NCBI GenBank assembly: GCA_963729895.1
Contig: CAVSQB010000010.1
Span: forward strand, 1 to 64,000
Source: an uncultured Fibrobacterota bacterium
GTDB taxonomy: Bacteria; Fibrobacterota; Chitinivibrionia; Chitinivibrionales; FEN-1185
Reading direction: 5' to 3'
DNA length: 64,000 bases
Both the position numbers and the translations under genes were made by a program. Position 1 is the first letter of the stretch, and each line of letters opens with the position of its first letter. Of the stretch, positions 57,701 through 64,000 are shown in pieces. The notes beneath the pieces are model-generated. The model was not told the origin of the DNA, ran no database searches, and worked only from the letters and a program-made list of their open reading frames with translations.

Positions 57701-58436
57701 ACGTTCCACGGATAATGGGACAACTTGGTCATACCTTTTTGAAGGAGGCCCGTATGTCAATGCTATTTATCGGTTTGGAACGCACACACTTGCAGGATCT
57801 TCTGGAAGCTCGCCAGGCATTTATGTTTCTCCTGACAGCGGGGCGACCTGGACACAGCCACTCGTAGGGACCAAAGTCTATAGTTTTGCCTCAGCGGGTG
57901 ACACTCTGTATGCAGGGACCAATGGTGCAGGGGTAGTTTCCTCCGCAGATAACGGGACGACGTGGAATTCTGATCCCTCCAATGATTTGGAGGCAACCAG
58001 TATATATGCTGTGGCTGTTAGCGGGGCAACTCTCTATGCCGGAACTGATAATGGATTGTACTACCGCTCCAGTCCCAATTGGTATGCTGTTACTGCTATA
58101 CCGAGTATTTCTGTTTACACCTTGGTGACAAATGGTGAGGCGCTGTTTGCGGGTACTAGTTCCGGCCTCTATCGACTCAACAACACTACCGGAATTTGGG
58201 CTGTCGTAGACACCGGCTTAACTAATACGACAATTAATTCACTGGTCGCGAGCGGCAATTATTTGTTCGCCGCAACAGGTGGCGGGGTTTTTATTACCAC
58301 AAACAATGGCAACAATTGGAGCCCCGTTAACGGTGGACTGCCTGGCGGGAGCGTCGCTGCTGGTCCTCTTGCGGTGAACAGCACATCAATCTTCATGGGT
58401 TCAGGCTACAGTGTTTACAGATCGCCATTACCTTAA
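54774..58436 (+). CDS. 1220-aa surface lipoprotein: Ig, cadherin/He_PIG-like, FN3 and InlB-B-repeat-like stalk with a BNR/Asp-box beta-propeller tip
   Basis: LLTC lipobox; YQW.KDG, ATDPD, YYWRV, GY.F.NW repeats; C-terminal S.DNG.TW and LYAGT repeats. Confidence 0.85.
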   Translation: MIRKCSVVLCVLSMSMLFLLTCTTGQSPFKPQDASVSLILQNSSGHRDTASVTDTVGNQVLIAMIGYLPSYINSVKVLICTSADTDTVLTYPKATLWADTQRINIKFHSMGTRTVTVDASLQRSDKIVTATIVIVERPVWISTQPTSISVDPNGSALFFVTPKDTGTFRYQWIKDGTPISGATKDTLIIDPVLAANAGVYTCLVKDQWGDSILTNEAVLTINQGSTSNHKPVLSVTGVRNILTAQACSLSLSATDPDAGQTLTYAMIKSPQGATLTANIFRWTAPAGQTGADTAIFTVTDNGTPPMSDTQTVIITVSSQITVPVKVPGVKAVSKANGYFVFSWNKVSNADSYNIFRSADTVAADFQKIGSTSDSLFDDSAKMTNYYYYVVAVNTAGSSPASALVYSGSIKTPPVIMVLADTAVAQGKTLSFMVQTIAPAQDTVTLAATDTTGVKLPDSATFNAKTGIFTWTPTFGQLGLYKIVFTAGDGNAVAKDTVKITVTKTDRPPVVQPQSVNAGRNQAITITLAATDPDGDAITQWQVTQKPDNGTATLADSTKGSVVYTPNTGFIGTDTFAVRASDGTLWSVASANVIVTVDSSKVAPKIQVQPRPDTTVNQGGSVTFTVGINSGAFPTPTFTWYKGTKGSGASLQAGTSPTYQKTGVVAADSGNYYVVVSNASGADTSAYAHLAVNAPASAPMLASPANGATGLPVSLTLVWNKVPGALAYYVQVASDTGFTIMLVSDSTQTDTTKAISGFSKGSTYYWRVMARNAVGTGAWSAKTSFTTIKQFALMVTATSGAVTKTPNATQYDSGTVVGLKALPNAGYQFGNWTGDATSSTDSATVVMNGTKNVTANFSVIQYQLTVTAGTGGTVTAPATSPATVNSGAQTTITASPSVGYKFVNWTKTSGSCTIADSTQATTTVKDTSGNATVQANFAALACSWNQVLSNNSSTQDIFSIAACGNTIMAGQQQLGIQRSTDNGTTWSYLFEGGPYVNAIYRFGTHTLAGSSGSSPGIYVSPDSGATWTQPLVGTKVYSFASAGDTLYAGTNGAGVVSSADNGTTWNSDPSNDLEATSIYAVAVSGATLYAGTDNGLYYRSSPNWYAVTAIPSISVYTLVTNGEALFAGTSSGLYRLNNTTGIWAVVDTGLTNTTINSLVASGNYLFAATGGGVFITTNNGNNWSPVNGGLPGGSVAAGPLAVNSTSIFMGSGYSVYRSPLP

Positions 58437-58462
58437 GGTTTCCCTTTGAAACGCCACAAAGC

Positions 58463-58497
58463 AAAAAGGCCCAATTGTATGTTGCAATTTGGGCCTT
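58463..58497 (-). terminator. Hairpin between the convergent surface-protein and GH64 genes
   Basis: AAGGCCCAA...TTGGGCCTT, with an A tract on the left. Confidence 0.6.
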
Positions 58498-58551
58498 CCT
58501 GACGAGAATCTTCGGCCTAGAGGCCACACCTCAAAGGTCGAAAAAAATGCC

Positions 58552-60117
58552 TTAATACCCCACCGCGAGCTCCAACCACGAAACATTCCCGTGCTCAATA
58601 TAGGAAGACCAATTTTCCCAATCATCGTATGGAAACCCATAACATTTGTTATCTATGGAACGTCTATGAAGGAAATAGGAATAGAAGCAACAGGGTGCCG
58701 CCTTGTAAAAATATGAGTCGTCTTGCATTTGAATAGGAATATCTGCGTTGTTGTCGCAACCACCACTTATCATAACATGCCTGTAGCAAGCGGCAGAGAT
58801 GCAAGGGGAAGCGATACCATTCAAATAAGGTGTTTCACCGACCCCGAAGGCGGCGCAATACTTATCGGAGTAGGTGGCATATTTCCCGCCTGGTCCCACA
58901 TCCGAGCCGTTGGTGCCGGGATTCGGTATTTTATATGGGGCCTGCATAGTCCCGAGTTTCGAGAACTCGTAGGGCACCTCGTTCTCAAACTCATCGAAGT
59001 ACGACTGGCGTGTCTGGTAATACACGGAGTATTGGTCACCGCGAACCGTGTCAAAGCCATCCGTACAATGCAACCGGTACATCATGGGAGTGCCAAAGGC
59101 GTCTACACGTGTGGTATTGCCGTGAAACCAGAGGCTGCCGTTCAGCATGCCGTTCGTATGTTCCTCAAAATCCCAAACCTGGTTCGACGGTCTCAAATTT
59201 CCAGCGGCCGGGTTGTACCCGACCATTATGTAAAGCCTGCCAGACCCGCTTGTGGTGAAATCTATATGTGCCGAATCGCTGAGCCGGACCGCAGCCCCGC
59301 CGTCACCAATTGCCCAATAAATCTGGCTGTCCGCCCATACGCCGTTGGTCCTGTTCAGAACGGTATACCATATATGGCCGGCCTGTTTCATTACATTTGC
59401 CGTGTCCCAGAACGTATCGGTGTCCCCATTCCAGGTATTATTTTTTGTCAACGTGAAATCGAATTGACCGGCCAGCGCCTGTATCGGCGTCACGCCGAGC
59501 GTATAGCCTGGTTCGGTGGCATGCAATGTGTCGACCACTGCCGCGAGTTTCTCCATACGCGTCTGAAATTCCGGGGTGTTTTGCACAATCGACCCGCCGG
59601 CACTGCGGGTTGCAGGCTGAAGCCTCATGACGGTCGAGGCGCCGTTGATGGTTACCCGGAGCATGTAAAACTGCGACGAAATACCGCGTGTGTCAATCGA
59701 TGCGGAGTAATTTCCGGTGGACTTGGTGCAGTTCAGCACATTTTCCACGAACCGTCCCGCAAGATCGTATATGTTCATCTTCACCGACGCGTTGTCCTGC
59801 GGCACGCTGAACAACACTTTCCCGCCCACGTACCTCGGTTGCGAAAACGCATCGCCCCGCATATTCGTGCCAGGGATAATGGTGTTGACGGCGCACGTCC
59901 CTGTTCCCAGGTGGTACTGACCGTTGCTGTCGGTGGTGGTATAGTACGGTTCGTTACCGTACGCATCGGTAAACCGTGTCTGGCCCAACCTTACCAGCGT
60001 GTTGGTAAGGGGCTTCCCGCCCGGGTCTGTCACCATTCCGCAGATGTTAACGGTCTGGGAAAAGACATATCCCGCGAAAAACGCCACCATCAAACACGAC
60101 ACTGCCGCTCTTTTCAT
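58552..60117 (-). CDS. Secreted GH64-like beta-1,3-glucanase 1
   Basis: SGRLY, F.EHT, GNTTRVDAFG, YGFPYDD; signal peptide; GGGAGG RBS. Confidence 0.82.
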   Translation of the reverse strand: MKRAAVSCLMVAFFAGYVFSQTVNICGMVTDPGGKPLTNTLVRLGQTRFTDAYGNEPYYTTTDSNGQYHLGTGTCAVNTIIPGTNMRGDAFSQPRYVGGKVLFSVPQDNASVKMNIYDLAGRFVENVLNCTKSTGNYSASIDTRGISSQFYMLRVTINGASTVMRLQPATRSAGGSIVQNTPEFQTRMEKLAAVVDTLHATEPGYTLGVTPIQALAGQFDFTLTKNNTWNGDTDTFWDTANVMKQAGHIWYTVLNRTNGVWADSQIYWAIGDGGAAVRLSDSAHIDFTTSGSGRLYIMVGYNPAAGNLRPSNQVWDFEEHTNGMLNGSLWFHGNTTRVDAFGTPMMYRLHCTDGFDTVRGDQYSVYYQTRQSYFDEFENEVPYEFSKLGTMQAPYKIPNPGTNGSDVGPGGKYATYSDKYCAAFGVGETPYLNGIASPCISAACYRHVMISGGCDNNADIPIQMQDDSYFYKAAPCCFYSYFLHRRSIDNKCYGFPYDDWENWSSYIEHGNVSWLELAVGY

Positions 60118-60240
60118 TTCACCCTCCCCTTCTTGATTGCTAAGGACTTTAGAATAAACAGGGAATGATTACCTCTCAATTCAGAACAGGTTATTTCTGA
60201 AAGGAGAGGTAACCTTCTTGATCTGGCGCAAACCTTCTGT

Positions 60241-61797
60241 CTACCACCCTATCGCAATGGCCAACCATTGGACATTGGACTGGCCCAAATACGCGGCATG
60301 GCCGCCATCGTCGTCGTAGGGAAATCCGTAATCCTTGTTATACAACCCACGGCGGTGGCACCAATATGAAAAGTAGTTGCACGGCGCCGCCTTGTAGTAA
60401 TTGGTGTCGTTATACCAGATCGCGTTATTCGTGCCTTTCGGAAGTGTTCCGACGTGCCTGTTGACGGCGGCAGAATAGTCAGGCGAGGAGCCCATTCCCG
60501 GTGCCGCACAGGCAAAAATGTTGATGGTAGACGATACGGTTTGCCCCGGGTTGTAGGCGATAACCGAATCCTCATATTTGGTGAAGTAATCCACATACGG
60601 GCCGCCCGTGCCGAAAATGTTGACAGGCGAGGTATGCGGCGCCCAGATGTTGGCAAAATCATGCGTAGCAAGACCGGTAAACTCCTTCGGCACCTCGTTC
60701 TTGAACTCGTCAAAATGTGCCTGGCGTGACTGATAGAACATTTCATACGCATCGCCGAGTGCGTTATCCTGACCGGTAGAGCTATGAACCCTGAAAGCTA
60801 TCGGGAGCCTCCATCCATCCACCCGGGTGGTATTGCCCATCCACGAACCATTGTAATTGACTTCGACGAAATCAAAATATCTGTTTCCAGAATCGTTGGG
60901 AGCAACCCAAATGTAGAACCTTCCATTGCCGTTGGGGATCGGCAGCGTGGGGTTCGTGGCAATGGAGGTTTTTGCTCCGTTCTGCTGAATACTCCAGAAA
61001 ATCTTGCTGTCAGGGAACGCGCCGTTGGTCCTGTTCAGAATGACGTACGAGGCATTCGTCGGGTAGGTGCTCGTGTTTCCCCAGAAGGCAGCCGTATCGC
61101 CATTCCAGGTGGTGGTCTTGGTCAGCGCGAAGTCGTAAGTTCCCGCCAACGCCTGAATCGGCGTGACGCCGATCGAATAGCCCGGTACGGTCGCGTGCAG
61201 GGTATCCACGATATCCGCGAGCTTCTCCAAGCTGGCCTGGAATTCCAATGCATTCTGAATAACGGCGCCGGCAAAACCGCGCGAAGCCGGCCGTAACCGT
61301 ATCACGGAGGCCGCACCGTTGATGGTCACCCGAAGCAGATAAAGCTGGGAAGAAATGCCGCGTGTGTCAAGCGACACCGAATAATTGCCCTTGGAGAGGG
61401 TCTTGTTCATCACGTCACGCACGAACCTACCCGCCAAGTCATATATGCTCATCCTCACCAATGCAGTGCTCGCCGGTAGGCTGAACAAGACTTTCCCGCC
61501 CACGTAGACGGGCTGTGAAAAGGCGTCTCCTCGCATCTGGGCGCTCGGAATGATGGTTTTCACAGGTGGGCAAGTTCCCGGTCCCAGCCGGTAATGACCG
61601 TTGTTGTCGGTTTTGATTATGTACGGCGAGGGTCCAAATCCGCTGTCATACGTTGCCTGCCCCAACCTGACCAATCCGTTGGTCAGCGGTTGACCATTCG
61701 TTGCGTCTGTAATCGTTCCACAAATGTTGGGAACCTGGGAAAAAACAGAGCCGGCGACAAAGGCCAACATCAGAAACGACACTGCTGCTCTTTTCAT
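60241..61797 (-). CDS. Secreted GH64-like beta-1,3-glucanase 2 (start 61797)
   Basis: NGRFY, DFVE, GNTTRVDG, AAVNRH, NYFS..CH, YGFPYDD; leader and N-terminus duplicate GH64-1. Confidence 0.82.
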   Translation of the reverse strand: MKRAAVSFLMLAFVAGSVFSQVPNICGTITDATNGQPLTNGLVRLGQATYDSGFGPSPYIIKTDNNGHYRLGPGTCPPVKTIIPSAQMRGDAFSQPVYVGGKVLFSLPASTALVRMSIYDLAGRFVRDVMNKTLSKGNYSVSLDTRGISSQLYLLRVTINGAASVIRLRPASRGFAGAVIQNALEFQASLEKLADIVDTLHATVPGYSIGVTPIQALAGTYDFALTKTTTWNGDTAAFWGNTSTYPTNASYVILNRTNGAFPDSKIFWSIQQNGAKTSIATNPTLPIPNGNGRFYIWVAPNDSGNRYFDFVEVNYNGSWMGNTTRVDGWRLPIAFRVHSSTGQDNALGDAYEMFYQSRQAHFDEFKNEVPKEFTGLATHDFANIWAPHTSPVNIFGTGGPYVDYFTKYEDSVIAYNPGQTVSSTINIFACAAPGMGSSPDYSAAVNRHVGTLPKGTNNAIWYNDTNYYKAAPCNYFSYWCHRRGLYNKDYGFPYDDDGGHAAYLGQSNVQWLAIAIGW

Positions 61798-61850
61798 TTC
61801 ACCCTCCCCTTTTTGATTGAGATCAATAAAAACTCTGTGACGTAGATCCG

Positions 61851-62861
61851 CTACTTTACCGCCACCGTGCTCTGGGCAAGCAACCGGCTGCCGTTCCTGA
61901 GCACCGCAACGTACACTCCCTTGGAAACCCCGGCCAGCGTCATGACACCGGAAGTTCCTTTCACTTCCGATTGAGCAACCAATCGGCCCGCGAAGCTGTA
62001 CAGCCCGAGCCAAGCTCGGCCGCCGGCATGCGTGCCGGTTATTGAGTATCTCAGGACATTGTCCCTGCCGCCTGCTATCGCGTCGGCATTGAGGCTCGAA
62101 AGGTTCATGGACGGCTTCCATTCAACCGCGCTCCCCTTGTCGTTGAAATAGCCGAATTCGATGACGTAATCCGGCCCTATGCCGTTTGAGTATGTGCATT
62201 GGTCAAGGCTTGCCAGATCGTCATAGGCATAGCTGTAGGCCCACGGGCACGCGTCCTTGAACAGTTCGGAATACGAAGTTGGGTGACACGTTTGCGGGGT
62301 GCTGTACGCCCCGGTGCAGCAGAATGAGTCTGCGTGGAATTTCGCGCATGCGCTCAGGCATTGGACCACGTCGCCGTTGGTTCCTTTCACCTGCAACTCC
62401 GGAGGACAGCTCGGAAGAAGGTCTTTGGTGCACCCGACGGTGTCGCACATATAGGCGGTTGTCGTCGTGGCGAATGTTCCCGCTACCGGATACATACGCA
62501 CCGGAAGATTGTATCCGTCAACAAGGCTCACGTCGTACCAGTCATCGTTGTTGTTGGAGCCCATAGTCCATTCCGCAAGCGACAGCGACCCCATGTTCGT
62601 TGTGCCGGGATACGTCCCCGAGCAACGGGCGGAAGCCCATCCGAAGGCGTGTTCGATGACAATGCTGTCGCCGGGATTCATCGTCTGGTTGGCGTACCCG
62701 GAGAGTTCCAAGGTAAACGCCTTGTCCAAATGATTCATGATGATTACATGCCGCACGGTTTGGCCTGCCGCATTTTTGTGCGGCCAGCCCGTGGCATCCT
62801 GAGGAAATCCTGTACCGCTGAGAACTGAGCACAAAACGAAACAGGCAAGAACTTCGCGCAT
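61851..62861 (-). CDS. Secreted thaumatin-like (GH152/PR-5-like) protein with C-terminal T9SS-CTD-like domain
   Basis: SLAEWT, DWYDVSLVDGYNLP, CP.ELQV, CLSAC, CCTG, FKDACPWAYSYAYDD; C-terminal LYSFAGRLV...KGVYVA; GGAGG RBS. Confidence 0.9.
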   Translation of the reverse strand: MREVLACFVLCSVLSGTGFPQDATGWPHKNAAGQTVRHVIIMNHLDKAFTLELSGYANQTMNPGDSIVIEHAFGWASARCSGTYPGTTNMGSLSLAEWTMGSNNNDDWYDVSLVDGYNLPVRMYPVAGTFATTTTAYMCDTVGCTKDLLPSCPPELQVKGTNGDVVQCLSACAKFHADSFCCTGAYSTPQTCHPTSYSELFKDACPWAYSYAYDDLASLDQCTYSNGIGPDYVIEFGYFNDKGSAVEWKPSMNLSSLNADAIAGGRDNVLRYSITGTHAGGRAWLGLYSFAGRLVAQSEVKGTSGVMTLAGVSKGVYVAVLRNGSRLLAQSTVAVK

Positions 62862-63293
62862 CCGCCCCTCCTGAATAAGCCCCCCCTCATTGTGAAACAA
62901 TCAACCAAGGGCCTTTCATATGCCAAAAACAATCCCTCTTCCCCCGCGCAACCTCCTTTATCAAGAACTCCTAATTTCTTCTTGTAGTTTAATCGCTAAA
63001 GTGCCTGTCGAAATTATTGAGTAACCTCATTGCGCCGCAACAAATGTTCCCAATCCGGTATTACAACAACACGGCGGTTAAATCAAACCGTACATGCAAT
63101 AATTTACATTATTAATATCTAATTGCATTAAAAAAGTTTAACGAATTAAACTATTCGTATCCATATTGTATACGGGATTTTTGCCGGAATCCGGGCGCCG
63201 GTGCCTCGGATGGCAAGAATGAATCAACGGCGGTTCTGGTGCACGAAATCTTCCAAGAGGCGGATCGTCGGGAAGCGGACAACCGTGGACAGA

Positions 63294-63833
63294 TCATTTC
63301 ACCATCTTCATCAGCGTCTCAACAAACGCTTTGGCGTCCTGCCTTGACCTTTCCGGCTTGTCGTACCCGGTAAGGACCAATTCGAAATAGAAACTTTCGC
63401 TGCTCGCGTAGGCCACGCATCCGCCGATGACTTCGTCGGAGAAACCGTCGGCCTTCCTTGCACCCGGCAGCGGTTTGGGGTCTGAGGCGGCCTTTCGCTT
63501 CTCTTTCAGCATGGATTGCGCCCGCGCCCGGGTGCCGAAATCATCTATGTAAATCTTTGCCGACCTGTTGTCAGCAGCGGCTAATTCGAACACAATGCCG
63601 CCTACAAGCCCAGGTTTTTCGTACTCCACCGCACCGCCGTCGATGAGCTCGTACAGTTCTTTTGTGCCAAAGGAGTGGAACCCGTCTTTTTGCTCGGTCC
63701 ATCCGGCAACGCCGGCCGCGGCCGTTCGGAACGCGGCAAGTTTCACGGAATCAGGACGGGCGGCAAACGATCCGATGACGCATAGAAGAATGATTCCGGC
63801 GGTCGCCGCAGCGGTTCTCGCGCAAAACGTCAT
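63294..63833 (-). CDS. Secreted hypothetical protein (DUF6599-like)
   Basis: Signal peptide; GW...F...LYELIDGGA..Y motif; GGAGG RBS. Confidence 0.65.
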   Translation of the reverse strand: MTFCARTAAATAGIILLCVIGSFAARPDSVKLAAFRTAAAGVAGWTEQKDGFHSFGTKELYELIDGGAVEYEKPGLVGGIVFELAAADNRSAKIYIDDFGTRARAQSMLKEKRKAASDPKPLPGARKADGFSDEVIGGCVAYASSESFYFELVLTGYDKPERSRQDAKAFVETLMKMVK

Positions 63834-63850
63834 TGTCCCTCCACATACGG

Positions 63851-64000
63851 TCAGGCGACCGGGTCAATGTTTACCAGGTCGAGGTTCTCGAAATTGACAT
63901 ACCCGAATTCCGACATGATCCGGTTGAGCGCGGGCGGATGCGAGCATCCCATGAGCGGCTCCCGCACCCGGCGTGCAACAAGGTAATCCACCGCGGGCGA
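63851..64000 (-). CDS. 3' end of a gene running off the window (possibly DUF362-like)
   Basis: Open frame SPAVDYLVARRVREPLMG...NIDPVA* ends 17 nt upstream of the next start. Confidence 0.55.
   Translation of the reverse strand, partial: SPAVDYLVARRVREPLMGCSHPPALNRIMSEFGYVNFENLDLVNIDPVA

Noticed and set aside
1..64000. CRISPR array, tRNA/rRNA, retron/DGR, prophage or anti-phage defence operon
   Set aside because: No regularly spaced repeats, cloverleaf or rRNA signatures, reverse transcriptase or phage genes were seen. The helicase is an ordinary UvrD type with no nuclease partner.

Overview
Bacterial chromosomal segment, probably Fibrobacterota (Chitinivibrionia/Chitinispirillaceae-like). 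This is inferred from a TIGR02147/DUF4423-type regulator and the architecture of the secreted proteins. It holds a dispersed beta-1,3-glucan-degrading set: four GH3 exo-glucanases, one GH16, two GH64, one bacterial thaumatin-like protein and a probable glycan-binding lipoprotein. It also holds two very large Ig-repeat surface proteins, an LRR lipoprotein, a small acetyltransferase/GT4/GT2 cluster and housekeeping genes (UvrD-like helicase, yciH, long GreA, msrAB, gmhA, ilvD, miaA, pdxJ, carboxynorspermidine dehydrogenase/nspC). There are two pairs of near-identical IS elements: an IS5-family pair in direct orientation (1-1310, 20856-22169) and an Rv2807-like integrase-core IS pair in inverted orientation (41091-42395, 53419-54723). 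The most unusual signal is a shared ~180-aa N-terminal module on six secreted hydrolases from two unrelated families. In it, a T9SS-CTD/FlgD-like sorting domain, normally C-terminal, appears nested inside a carboxypeptidase-regulatory-like beta-sandwich and ends in a basic (A/E/P)K(K)LAA-like linker. Other candidates are a covarying two-copy hairpin, shared upstream motifs linking the glucanase loci, a probable ATC start codon, and an IS that separates a CRP-box promoter from a 1220-aa surface protein. No rRNA, tRNA or CRISPR array was seen. All family calls come from reading motifs by eye, not from database searches.
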